Source: an uncultured Clostridia bacterium | GTDB lineage: Bacteria; Bacillota; Clostridia; Oscillospirales; QAKW01 | Assembly: GCA_947627315.1 (NCBI GenBank) | Contig: CANQVN010000001.1 | Coordinates: 1,656-65,655 of the forward strand | Direction: 5' to 3' | Length of the DNA: 64,000 bases | In this document: positions 28,372-37,644 of the stretch, piece by piece | Numbering within the stretch: position 1 is the first letter of the stretch | How the letters are laid out: the number at the start of each line of letters is the position of its first letter | Notes under the pieces: model-generated | Database searches by the model: none | Told to the model about the DNA's origin: nothing | Seen by the model: the letters and a program-made list of their open reading frames with translations, nothing else | Made by a program: the position numbers and the translations under genes

Positions 28372-28534
28372 TTGACAACAACAATATATGGTAGTATAAT
28401 AACAATGTAATTGATTTATGTGCGCTTCCTTTGGGAATGAGCGGTAAAAAGCCGCATTGCACAGGTTGTTGAGTTTGTATTCAAAGTGTCGATGTACGGT
28501 TGCCTTTATGGGCGGCCGGTATCGGCACTTTTTT
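28372..28534 (+). promoter_or_regulatory. Conserved promoter-leader-terminator element, copy A (upstream of ssb)
   Basis: TTGACA-17-TATAAT, a 5-bp stem-loop at 28441-28455, conserved block 28454-28480, an ~18-bp hairpin at 28486-28528, and T6. It is homologous to the minus-strand element at 62795-62634. Confidence 0.6.
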
Positions 28535-28572
28535 ATATAGATATTTTAAGCCGAGAGGCAGAAAGGAGAAAA

Positions 28573-28986
28573 ATGGCGCAGGTTTATGTTATCGGACGGG
28601 TAACAAGCAGCCCGGAACTGAAAACTAGCAGCAAAGGAAGGTCGTATGTACGGTTCGATATAGCCGATCATATCGGGTATAACGAGAACATGCGGACACA
28701 GTATTTTCAAGTCCTTGTGTTTGACGAAGACGCCGAACGTATCGTTCGCGCAAACGTCGGCAAAGGCGCGTTGATTTGGGTGAGCGGGTCTTTGGAACTG
28801 GAAACCTATATGAAAAAGGACGGCATCACCGTAGACAAACGCATGAAAATATGGCTGGATAACTGGGGTTATATTTCGGGCAGGGGCGGTTGCACTTCAA
28901 ACACCGACCCGCAAAAGACTCCGGAAATGCAGGATACCGATATGGTGCCCGGCATAGACGGAGAAAGAGAAAACTTGCCGGAGTAA
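28573..28986 (+). CDS. ssb: Single-stranded DNA-binding protein
   Basis: The OB-fold pattern MAQVYVIGRVTSSPELKTSSKGRSYVRFDIA...ALIWVSGSLELETY, with SD AAAGGAG. Confidence 0.9.
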   Translation: MAQVYVIGRVTSSPELKTSSKGRSYVRFDIADHIGYNENMRTQYFQVLVFDEDAERIVRANVGKGALIWVSGSLELETYMKKDGITVDKRMKIWLDNWGYISGRGGCTSNTDPQKTPEMQDTDMVPGIDGERENLPE

Positions 28987-28997
28987 ATTCGGCGCAA

Positions 28998-29050
28998 AGA
29001 GGAACCGTATTGTGTTTCAACAGGAAAACACGTGCGGTTCCTCTTTTTTT
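28998..29050 (+). terminator. Rho-independent terminator after ssb
   Basis: Stem AGAGGAACCG/CGGTTCCTCT followed by T7. Confidence 0.8.
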
Positions 29051-29075
29051 ATTTATGAAAGAAAGGTCGAACAAA

Positions 29076-29882
29076 ATGAACAAAAAAGCAAGCATATGGT
29101 CCTACGTGTCGGTACTGATCGCAGCCGTTTTGGCTGTCGTGGCGTTTGCGCGCGGCTCGCTTCAATTGTGGCTGCTTTCGGGCGTTTTCGCCGCATGGAT
29201 ACTGTGGATCGCAGTAAAGTACGGTATTCCGTATTTGAAATTGCAAAAAAGTTATCACGAAGCAAGAAAAGTCATTAAAAAGAATCGGGCAAGGCAAACC
29301 GGACAAATAAACTTTCCCGACGTGTCGGACTCTGTAAGTCAGGTTCTCGTTCGGCACGTCAATTACCGTATTTCCGCCTACCTGCAATCCGCTTATCCGG
29401 ACGCCACCTGGGAGTGGTGCGAAGAGTTTCCCGAAAGAATAGCAAGACGGGGCGGCAAAGGACGGATACGGCTGTTCGGCGTTCCCGAATACAATTATGC
29501 CGACGTTTCCTTAACGCAGGACGCGGATATCGGGTTCGATTTGTTAAAGATCGTGCCGATAACCGAGCTGCAGCGCGGCTCGGAAGACACGCAAACGCTG
29601 CCCAAAAAGCAGGAGCCGGTCGATCCGCAGGTTTGGTATGAAAATCAGGCGAAGGACGTACTGAAAAATCTCATTTCCTGCCTTGCCTCCCGCGGTCATC
29701 ACAGCCTCACCATTAAAGAAAACGGAGAGGTTTCCGTCAAACAGGCGGACGGTGACCGTGTGCAGGCCGCTCTGAAAAATGTCCCGGAAAGGATGTATTG
29801 GGCAAGACTGTCCAAGGTCTTTGAACGCGAGGGCATTGCCGCCAATATCACCGACGCCGGAATGGAACTGTCGTGGTTATAA
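29076..29882 (+). CDS. Two-TM membrane protein, hypothetical
   Basis: The internal ATG 29076 is preferred. The N-terminus is hydrophobic. Confidence 0.7.
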   Translation: MNKKASIWSYVSVLIAAVLAVVAFARGSLQLWLLSGVFAAWILWIAVKYGIPYLKLQKSYHEARKVIKKNRARQTGQINFPDVSDSVSQVLVRHVNYRISAYLQSAYPDATWEWCEEFPERIARRGGKGRIRLFGVPEYNYADVSLTQDADIGFDLLKIVPITELQRGSEDTQTLPKKQEPVDPQVWYENQAKDVLKNLISCLASRGHHSLTIKENGEVSVKQADGDRVQAALKNVPERMYWARLSKVFEREGIAANITDAGMELSWL

Positions 29883-29901
29883 CGGAAAGGGAGTGATGCA
29901 A

Positions 29902-30975
29902 ATGAAAACCGGAATGACGATCAATGAATTGGCAAAAGAGATCCTGCGTCAGCGCGATGCAAAGGAAGATTACATTGTCAACACCGGAAGACTTCGTATG
30001 GAAGCCTGCGGGGATGATGTTTTGTTGCGCGTGTTGGATTCAAACTCCGCGGATCGGATAGAGCCTATGGATATAGGTCCAAACGCGCACAGGCAGATTG
30101 CAACGCACTTGTCTATCCCCACCAAGTATTACGAGAAAATGCAGCAGGAGGATCCGGAGCTTTTAGCCGAAAATGTCAACGCATGGTTTTCACGGGACGC
30201 AAAGGACAGAATGCTGCGCGTCATGGACGGAAAGGCGCGCGCATTTTTGAGCAACAGATATCTTCGCATAGACCATTACCAAATCGCGAGCGCCGTTTTG
30301 CCGATCATACAGCAAATGTCGGATGCGCGGTTTGAAAGCTGCGAGCTTACCGAAAACCGTATGTATATCAAGGTGGTAAATCCGAGACTGCAAGACGAGG
30401 TCACGCCGGGCGATATTGTTCAGGCGGGTCTTATCATCAGCAACAGCGAAGTGGGGCTCGGCTCCGTAAGCGTGCAGCCGTTGATTTACAGACTTATATG
30501 CAAAAACGGCATGGTCGTAAACGATGCGGCAACAAAAAGAACGCATATCGGCAGGGTCAGTTCCGCCGATGAAAATTTCCTGCTCTATTCGGACGAAACA
30601 CTTCGCGCAGACGACAAGGCGTTTTTGATGAAGGTCAAAGACACCGTTCGTGCGGTGGTCGAAGAGGCAAAGTTCAGCCGGGTGGTAGACATTATGAAAA
30701 AAGCCGCGGGTCTGCCGATCAACACCGCCAATGTGCCGGAGGTCGTGCGTTTGGCAAGCCGTGATTTCGGAATTACCGACGCCGAGCAGCCCGGCATTTT
30801 GCAGCATCTTATAGAGGGCAAGGATATGAGCCTGTACGGACTTTCAAATGCGGTGACACGGTTCAGCCAGGATGTTGAAAGTTACGATCGCGCCACCGAC
30901 CTGGAAACGATCGGCTACGGTATTCTCACCATGCCCGCGATGCAGTGGAGCAGAATCAATCAAGTCGCGGCGTAA
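29902..30975 (+). CDS. DUF932-like phage/plasmid protein
   Basis: SD AAAGGGAG lies 8 nt before ATG 29902. The family call is from memory of the DUF932 N-terminal pattern. Confidence 0.75.
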   Translation: MKTGMTINELAKEILRQRDAKEDYIVNTGRLRMEACGDDVLLRVLDSNSADRIEPMDIGPNAHRQIATHLSIPTKYYEKMQQEDPELLAENVNAWFSRDAKDRMLRVMDGKARAFLSNRYLRIDHYQIASAVLPIIQQMSDARFESCELTENRMYIKVVNPRLQDEVTPGDIVQAGLIISNSEVGLGSVSVQPLIYRLICKNGMVVNDAATKRTHIGRVSSADENFLLYSDETLRADDKAFLMKVKDTVRAVVEEAKFSRVVDIMKKAAGLPINTANVPEVVRLASRDFGITDAEQPGILQHLIEGKDMSLYGLSNAVTRFSQDVESYDRATDLETIGYGILTMPAMQWSRINQVAA

Positions 30976-31003
30976 AAACAAAAAATATTATGGAGGAACA
31001 ATA

Positions 31004-31873
31004 ATGAACATGAATGAAAATGCTTTAATCGAAAAGAAAGAATTTATCGTCCCTTCTCTCGGAGAGACCGAATGCGAGTTTTCAAACGAGGACTTTGCGG
31101 AAGATTTTGAAGGATTACAGCTGAGCTTTCCGCGAATTAAAATTCCGGGGAGCGGATCGCTTCGGTTTGAAATGCCAAGCGCCAATCCGGAAGATCCCGA
31201 ATATGAAAAAACGATAGACGGCGTCATAATCTATAACCACAGAACGTGCGCCTACTGGCCCGCAGGCAGCGAGTATGACGAAAGCGTAAATCCGCTATGC
31301 TCCTCGGTGGACGGAAAAACGGGTATCGGCGATCCGGGCGGAGCGTGCGCCGTATGCGAACTGAACCAATACGGCACCGCGACGGACAAAAACGGAAACG
31401 CGACCGCGGGAAAAGCCTGCAAAAATATGCGGCATCTCTATATTCTCCGCAGCGGCGAGTATTTGCCCGTTATGCTTTCACTGCCGCCCACCAGCATTCG
31501 CCCGTATTCCGATTTTATGAATACAGCCTTTGTGCCGCGCAAGCGTCCCACCTGGAGCAGTGTTATCCAGATCGGTCTCAAGCGCGTTGAAAACGGAGCG
31601 AACACGTACAGCGTTGCCACCTTTAAGGTCCTTTATGATTTGGAAGGCGAACAACTGCGGCAGGTCAAACAGTATGCCGAAAGTTTTCGCGGTCAGATCC
31701 GCAGGATGCTGCAAGAACGCGCGCTGAGCTCGGAGAGCAGGCTGGAAACGGACGTTATTGCCGACCCCGATCCGAATTATATGATTTCCGAAAACGGAGA
31801 GCATTTTTCGGTCACGGCAAACGTGGGAGTCGGAACGGTCGACGGAGAGCGGAACGAACTTCCGCTCGCGTAA
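31004..31873 (+). CDS. Hypothetical protein with a Cys cluster (CSS...CAVC...C)
   Basis: 289 aa with SD TGGAGGA. No family recognised. Confidence 0.75.
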   Translation: MNMNENALIEKKEFIVPSLGETECEFSNEDFAEDFEGLQLSFPRIKIPGSGSLRFEMPSANPEDPEYEKTIDGVIIYNHRTCAYWPAGSEYDESVNPLCSSVDGKTGIGDPGGACAVCELNQYGTATDKNGNATAGKACKNMRHLYILRSGEYLPVMLSLPPTSIRPYSDFMNTAFVPRKRPTWSSVIQIGLKRVENGANTYSVATFKVLYDLEGEQLRQVKQYAESFRGQIRRMLQERALSSESRLETDVIADPDPNYMISENGEHFSVTANVGVGTVDGERNELPLA

Positions 31874-31932
31874 TCATCAGTCAGTTAAGGGATACCGTTT
31901 TCGGACGGTATCCCTTGGGAGGTGTGTATAAA

Positions 31933-32490
31933 ATGAAGCCGCTTACGGACAGGCAAAGAAAATTTGCCGAGCAAAACCATAATCTTGTATACAGTTTTAT
32001 GAACGAGAAAGGCTTGCAGGAGGCGACTTACTACGACGTGATTATTTTCGGATATCTGCGCGCCGTTCAGGAGTATTGCGAAACGCCCGATCTTTGGAAA
32101 AAGCCTTTTTCCACCATCGCATGGAAAAAGATGATCGACGAACTTATCAGTTTTCAAAGGTATCAGTCCCGAAACAACCGTAACGCGCAGACGGTAAGTT
32201 TATGCGACGCTTCCGTGCGGGAATACGGCTGTTCTAAAGGCGGCTGCAATATTGCGGCAAACGACGACCAAATTCTTCGTCAAATGGAAATGGAACTGCT
32301 TCTCCATACACTGGCGTCCGAACTCCCTCAAAGGCACATGCGGATTATTCGTATGAAACTGGACGGAGATACTATGCGCGACATTGCCAAGGCGGAGCAT
32401 ATAACATTCCGGGAGATAAACCGTATGATATCCGATATGCGAGACACGGTCCTTAAACTTTGCTGCGGAAAGAAAGGTGAAATGTTATGA
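31933..32490 (+). CDS. Sigma-70-like factor
   Basis: SD GGGAGG. Region 2-like YDVIIFGYLRAVQEY...FSTIAWKKM, and region 4-like MRDIAKAEHITFREINRMISDMR. Confidence 0.7.
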   Translation: MKPLTDRQRKFAEQNHNLVYSFMNEKGLQEATYYDVIIFGYLRAVQEYCETPDLWKKPFSTIAWKKMIDELISFQRYQSRNNRNAQTVSLCDASVREYGCSKGGCNIAANDDQILRQMEMELLLHTLASELPQRHMRIIRMKLDGDTMRDIAKAEHITFREINRMISDMRDTVLKLCCGKKGEML

Positions 32491-33356
32491 TTTTATCCAA
32501 GCCCGGCGAAGCGTTTGACTATAACGGTTATAAATATGTTGTCGGCGAAGAGGTCATCGGCACTTCAAAGAGCGAATACGAAAACCTTATCGGTCATATT
32601 ATTGAGATCCGCGCGGACGGCGATGCCGAAACGGAAAATGAAACCCCCGATATCTATTGTCGCTTTGACAGCCCTGTATCACCTTATGAGATACAGCGTT
32701 TGGAGCATACATTTTCCGCTCTGTACGGGCAACCCAAAAAGCTCTGCGATTTGCCGCTTGACTGTGTGATCATGGCACCGGAGATGATATATCCCACCAA
32801 GAATTACTCCGAGCATCCGGCATCCGTCCCCGTATATTTGCTGAAAGAGCAATGGGCGGACAAAGGAGAAAATGACTGCGCTTTCAGAATATACCTTGAT
32901 AAACAGGAGGCAAAATATAACTTTTTTAAGACGCTTGCCGAACTGTTCAAATACGGCGATGCGGTTCCAAACGATACAAACGATATGGAATGCGATTGCG
33001 GCGCGGGCCTTTACAGGGTATGGGCTGCCGACGATTATATAAATTTTCATTATGAAATCCGTATCGAGAAGCGGCAACTCAAAATCCCGCGTCGAGTATT
33101 TGACAGCGTGGGAATGGAGTGGTATCGGGAATGCAAAAACGAGGACTTTAACGACCGGTTGGATGAAATGGCTGACGGCGGAAGCATTACGGAGGACCAA
33201 CACAAAAAACTGCGTTCCTGCCGCTGCGCCGCCGAGCTTATCGACTATGAACTCGGTCACAATTCCGAATACTGGACGTCTTACCAAACTTGTGTTTCGG
33301 AAGCGATCAGAAAACTGCTGCATAAAGAAGAAAGGAGTGTTTGTCATGAAGTCTAA
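32487..33356 (+). CDS. Hypothetical protein
   Basis: 289-aa ORF with ATGA overlap with the sigma-like gene. Confidence 0.7.
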   Translation: MILSKPGEAFDYNGYKYVVGEEVIGTSKSEYENLIGHIIEIRADGDAETENETPDIYCRFDSPVSPYEIQRLEHTFSALYGQPKKLCDLPLDCVIMAPEMIYPTKNYSEHPASVPVYLLKEQWADKGENDCAFRIYLDKQEAKYNFFKTLAELFKYGDAVPNDTNDMECDCGAGLYRVWAADDYINFHYEIRIEKRQLKIPRRVFDSVGMEWYRECKNEDFNDRLDEMADGGSITEDQHKKLRSCRCAAELIDYELGHNSEYWTSYQTCVSEAIRKLLHKEERSVCHEV

Positions 33357-33570
33357 AAAGTTTATTTCTGTTACGGGAAATCTGCTTTTCCCGTTGAATG
33401 AGGGGCGGCGCGCAATCATCATGCAGGATAGCGGATATGTTGTAACCTCCCGCGTTGTGGAGGTTATAGAGGTTGCGCCGGATCACGCTGTGTTTGAAAC
33501 GATGAACTCGATTTATCGGGTGGCGTTTGAACGCTCCCCCAATAAGGCGTCGCTGAAAATGTGCGCCTGA
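33346..33570 (+). CDS. Small hypothetical protein (74 aa)
   Basis: The internal ATG 33346 follows AAAGGAG. It overlaps the previous gene by 11 nt. Confidence 0.5.
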   Translation: MKSKKFISVTGNLLFPLNEGRRAIIMQDSGYVVTSRVVEVIEVAPDHAVFETMNSIYRVAFERSPNKASLKMCA

Positions 33571-33687
33571 CAGCAAACGATTTCGGGCACAGTCGGCATT
33601 GACCGGCTGTGCTCGGCTTTTGAAAGGAAGAAAAATGAATGTATGTAAGAACAATGAGCCTTGCGGGAACGAACCGGGAGGCGCACG

Positions 33688-36600
33688 GTGAAATATAAAG
33701 TTTACGATACGCCCGTACCGCAAAATCAGCGGGAGGAGGTCAATAAAAAACTCCTGCATCTGATAGACGCCTGCCGATATGGCGAAAGTGAAGTAAGTGC
33801 GGCGGACGTTTACAACCGCTATACCGGTCACGGCGGGCTTCACGATTTGAACAGAAAAGATTTTGAAAATTACGCGGCTTATGGCAATGCCAAAAAAGAG
33901 ATAGAAAACGGACAGTTTTTTACGCCGCCTCGCCTTTGTAAACTTGTTGCGGATTGTCTGATGCCGACCGAACAGGCGCAAATAGCCGATCTGACTTGCG
34001 GCGCAGGCGGATTTTTCAATTTCTTTCCGGTTGAGAGCAATTTGTACGGCTGTGAAATTGACGACGATGCGTATCGGGTGGCAAAATTTCTTTATCCGGA
34101 TGCGAATTTGGAAAAAGCGGATATTCGCGAATATAGTCCGAGCGTTCGATTTGACTATATCGTGGGAAATCCGCCGTACAATCTGAAGTGGACGACTCAC
34201 GACGGCAATACGGAAGTGTCGCAGAACTATTACTGTTATAAATCCGCAGGGCTGCTCAAGCCAAACGGCATATTGGCGGTTATTCTTCCGCTTTCGTTTC
34301 TTTCCGACAGCTTTTCGGACGGAGGACAAATAAGAGAAATGGAAAAGCGATTTCATTTTCTCGGTCAGGTATCCCTTCCGAAAAATTTATTTTCGGCTCT
34401 CGGCGTTTGCTCTTTTGGCACCAAACTTCAATTTTGGCAGCGAAAAAAGAATCCGTCGCCCGGCAGTTACCATACGGCGATGGATCTTTCGCTTGACGAT
34501 GATTTTGACGGCGCGGAAGCGGCAAAACGGATAACCGAAACCCTGCTTTCCGACGCCCTGGATCTGATGCGGCGCGACCGTGTCGCGGGCATCCTTGAAA
34601 TGGCTAAGGAAAAAGAGTTGTCCGAGGATTTTCGGTATCAGGTCAGAAAGCGGCTGTATCAAATCAGTTGTCATCCGAGGCTTAAAAACAGTTATGCAAG
34701 CTGCTGTGAGTACCTGTTTCGCTTTTGCACGCAGAAACAGCCGGAGGGCATGCCCTTTGAAGAGTGGCGGAAAAGACGAATTACCGAAGCAAAAGTGCTG
34801 GCATATATGAACAGGGTCTTGTCGTCGCAAAACGACAAACCGCCCTGCGATAAAATCTCTCTTGTGAAGCGGGACTATGATCTTGTCTACAAAGGTTACA
34901 GTGCAAAAACGCGGAAAATTTTGACGGGAGGTATGAAAGAGCCGATGCCGATTTATGAACTCGCCTCCTCGGACGGAGAATTTTATAACGGCTACGAGCG
35001 GCTGATCCGTAAAAAGCGGGATGCGTACATACGTCAAAACAGACGGTTTAGCGATATGCGGGAAGATCCCACGATTGCTGAATGGCTCGCGAATTTCAGT
35101 CTGTGGGATGCGGAAAACGAGGAAGTTATCCGCTTAAACGATATGCAGCGGCACGACATCAATCTGATGCTTCAAAAGCGATACGGGCTTTTGCAATGGG
35201 AGCAAGGGAGCGGAAAAACGCTTGCCGGAATTGCCGTAGGCAAATACCGGATGGAGCGTGAAAATATCCGGTATACCTGGGTCGTTTCGACCGCCATTTC
35301 CATTCGCAATAACTGGGATATGGTCTTGAAAAATTACAAACAGCCCTATGTGTTTGTAAAAAAGCAGCGCGATCTTGAAAAGATACGCAGCGGAGATTTT
35401 GTCTTGATTACGCTGAACGCATTGTCAAAGTACAAAAAGTTTATTAAACGGTGGATCCGCATTCACAACCGAAAAATACAACTGATTTTCGATGAGAGCG
35501 ACGAGATGTCAAATCCGAACAGCATTCGGGCAAAGGCCGCGCTGGATTGCTTCAGAAAATGCAAAGCCAAACTCTTGACGACCGGCACGAGCACAAGAAA
35601 TAATATCTCGGAATTTGCGCCGCAGTTGGAGTTACTCTATAACAATTCGGTCAATATGATATCCTGGTGTCGGTTCGTTTACCACTACGATAAGAGGTCG
35701 GATTACCTGGACGGAGTGCAGAACGCATATTTCGGCAAACCGATCCCGGCGTACAAAAAGGGCTACTCTTTGTTCTCGGCTTCACATCTGCCCGAAAAAA
35801 TCACGGTGTTTGGCGCAAAGCAGCGAACGCAGGATATTTACAATGCGGAACTGCTGGACGAAATACTCGGAAAGACCGTTATAACGCGCAGTTTTGAAGA
35901 GATCGTCGGCAGGGATATCCGCCGTATTCATCAGCTTCCCGTATCGTTTGCGCCCGCCGAACGCGCGGTGTATCAGATGGCGATGGAGGAATTTTATAAA
36001 ATGCGGGACAACTATTTTGCTTCTACCGGAAATTCGAGAAAAGATTCCATGATGAAACTGATGCAGCAGATCACGCTGTTGCTGAAGATCAGCGCCGCTC
36101 CCGACACGGTCAAAGAATATAGCGGCGGCTTGCCGGTAAAAATCGGCAGGATCATTGAGATGTTAGGAGAATTTTCGGACGAGATTGTTACGATAGGCGT
36201 CCGACATAAAGCGGTGCTTGATGCTTATAAAGGCGCATTCGAGCAGGCGTATCCGAATCGCAAACTGTATGCCGTAACCGGTTCTTCCTATACATTCGCA
36301 CAGCGTCGTGCGCTCCAAAAAACTCTCAAAGAAAGCAAAAACGGCATTCTCCTTTGCACGCAGCAGAGCTTACCGTCCAGCGTGAACTTTGAATTTGTAA
36401 ACAAGGTGATCATTCCGGAGCTTCATTACAATAATGCAAAAATGAGCCAGTTCTATATGCGGTTTGTAAGGTACACGTCCACCGAATGGAAAGATATTTA
36501 TTTTATTACCTACGGCGGCAGTATTGAATCAAACCTGATGCAGATGGTACTGGCGAAGGAAAAAATAAACCTGTTTATGAAAGGTCAGGATAAAAACCTT

Positions 36601-36717
36601 GATGAGATATATTCCAAATTCGGAGTGGATTACGACTTGCTTTCTATGCTGATGTATCGGGAGCGGGACGAAAAAGGACAATTCCATATAAGATGGGGAG
36701 AGCAGCAAATTTCATAG
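33688..36717 (+). CDS. Fusion of an N6-adenine DNA methyltransferase and an SNF2/DEAD-like helicase (orphan, no REase nearby)
   Basis: MTase motif I DLTCGAGGFFNF and motif IV IVGNPPYN. Helicase motifs QGSGKT, DESDEM and TGTSTRNN. GTG 33688 follows GGGAGG. Confidence 0.9.
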   Translation: MKYKVYDTPVPQNQREEVNKKLLHLIDACRYGESEVSAADVYNRYTGHGGLHDLNRKDFENYAAYGNAKKEIENGQFFTPPRLCKLVADCLMPTEQAQIADLTCGAGGFFNFFPVESNLYGCEIDDDAYRVAKFLYPDANLEKADIREYSPSVRFDYIVGNPPYNLKWTTHDGNTEVSQNYYCYKSAGLLKPNGILAVILPLSFLSDSFSDGGQIREMEKRFHFLGQVSLPKNLFSALGVCSFGTKLQFWQRKKNPSPGSYHTAMDLSLDDDFDGAEAAKRITETLLSDALDLMRRDRVAGILEMAKEKELSEDFRYQVRKRLYQISCHPRLKNSYASCCEYLFRFCTQKQPEGMPFEEWRKRRITEAKVLAYMNRVLSSQNDKPPCDKISLVKRDYDLVYKGYSAKTRKILTGGMKEPMPIYELASSDGEFYNGYERLIRKKRDAYIRQNRRFSDMREDPTIAEWLANFSLWDAENEEVIRLNDMQRHDINLMLQKRYGLLQWEQGSGKTLAGIAVGKYRMERENIRYTWVVSTAISIRNNWDMVLKNYKQPYVFVKKQRDLEKIRSGDFVLITLNALSKYKKFIKRWIRIHNRKIQLIFDESDEMSNPNSIRAKAALDCFRKCKAKLLTTGTSTRNNISEFAPQLELLYNNSVNMISWCRFVYHYDKRSDYLDGVQNAYFGKPIPAYKKGYSLFSASHLPEKITVFGAKQRTQDIYNAELLDEILGKTVITRSFEEIVGRDIRRIHQLPVSFAPAERAVYQMAMEEFYKMRDNYFASTGNSRKDSMMKLMQQITLLLKISAAPDTVKEYSGGLPVKIGRIIEMLGEFSDEIVTIGVRHKAVLDAYKGAFEQAYPNRKLYAVTGSSYTFAQRRALQKTLKESKNGILLCTQQSLPSSVNFEFVNKVIIPELHYNNAKMSQFYMRFVRYTSTEWKDIYFITYGGSIESNLMQMVLAKEKINLFMKGQDKNLDEIYSKFGVDYDLLSMLMYRERDEKGQFHIRWGEQQIS

Positions 36718-36753
36718 CAGTCTTTCTACTGTGCCGATTGCAACAAGAAGCGT

Positions 36754-36784
36754 GAGGGGTAGGCGCCGCCTACCCCTCTTTTTT
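36754..36784 (+). terminator. Terminator after the MTase-helicase gene
   Basis: GAGGGGTAGGCG/CGCCTACCCCTC stem followed by T6. Confidence 0.75.
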
Positions 36785-36967
36785 CTAAAGTTCAAAGCCT
36801 TTTATGCAGCGCAGTAGCGTGATGCACAACTCCTGATACAGATCCTCGTCAAACGCATCGTCTACCACGGACTCTTTTAAGATAAGCGGACGGTACATTT
36901 CAAAAAGTGTATCAAACGAACCAAAATCGCCGCTTTTGGCACCGCGTATGAGCATCTCAAAATCCAT
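36785..36967 (-). CDS. Tn916 orf8-like small HTH protein
   Basis: 60 aa: MDFEMLIRGAKSGDFGSFDTLFEMYRPLILK. Its start abuts the stop of the orf7-like gene. Confidence 0.6.
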   Translation of the reverse strand: MDFEMLIRGAKSGDFGSFDTLFEMYRPLILKESVVDDAFDEDLYQELCITLLRCIKGFEL

Positions 36968-37356
36968 TACAGTACACCTCCGTTCATTTTGTCACGCAGT
37001 TTTTTCAATGCTCTGTAAAATATGGATGCCACCGTTTTGTATGGTATATTCAGTTCAAAAGCCAGTTCTTCAAAACGCTTTTCGTCTAAAATATGCCCCA
37101 AAACGACGTACCGCTCTCTGCTGCTTATTGCATTCAGCGCGCTCCATAAATCGCAAAGTTCTATCACCTGCATAAAATAATCGTGCGTATCGCAAAACAG
37201 ATCGTCCGAAACAGTGCCGATAAGTTCAAACCGACGCTGCCTGTTTTTGCTTTTAAGGTATGTAAGACGGGTGTTCCGTACAGACGTCTTCAGATAAGCG
37301 GTAAATCTGTTTTGCAGAATATCCGCATAGTTTTTTCCATCGTTCTTTTTAAACAT
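36967..37356 (-). CDS. Tn916 orf7-like sigma-70 region-4 protein
   Basis: HTH reads SSRERYVVLGHILDEKRFEELAFELNIPYKTVASIFYRALKKLR. I prefer ATG 37356 (SD GGAGG 5 nt upstream) over the track TTG 37368. Confidence 0.75.
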   Translation of the reverse strand: MFKKNDGKNYADILQNRFTAYLKTSVRNTRLTYLKSKNRQRRFELIGTVSDDLFCDTHDYFMQVIELCDLWSALNAISSRERYVVLGHILDEKRFEELAFELNIPYKTVASIFYRALKKLRDKMNGGVL

Positions 37357-37361
37357 AAAAG

Positions 37362-37468
37362 CCTCCAAATTCTGATTTTTGTCGAAACAAAAACAGAATC
37401 CGGAGGCGCACGCGGACGCAATAGGTATAAAAAACCAAAACTCTTGAATGGATTAGGTTCAAGAGTGA
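37362..37468 (-). promoter_or_regulatory. Attenuator region: intrinsic terminator (37468-37429) followed by an SD-sequestering hairpin (37406-37362)
   Basis: The minus-strand RNA reads CTCTTGAACCTAATCCATTCAAGAG+TTTTGGTTTTTT, then CCTCCGGATTCTGTTTTTGT-TTCG-ACAAAAATCAGAATTTGGAGG. The final GGAGG is the SD of the sigma gene. Confidence 0.5.
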
Positions 37469-37644
37469 TTCTTGTTATTTTACGGGATTGGCATCGCGAA
37501 TGAGTTGATCGATTTTGCCTGCATAAAGTAGTCCAACATAATCCCCGCCTTTGTTAATGAAATTCAGGCATATATCTCGGATCACAGACAACAAAATATT
37601 GGATAAATGGATAAATAGACGATGGCGCACCTGCCATCGTCTAT

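Noticed and set aside
33307-35037. Minus-strand ORFs of 349 and 216 aa opposite the methyltransferase-helicase gene
   Set aside because: Shadow ORFs. The plus-strand frame carries unambiguous MTase and helicase motifs.
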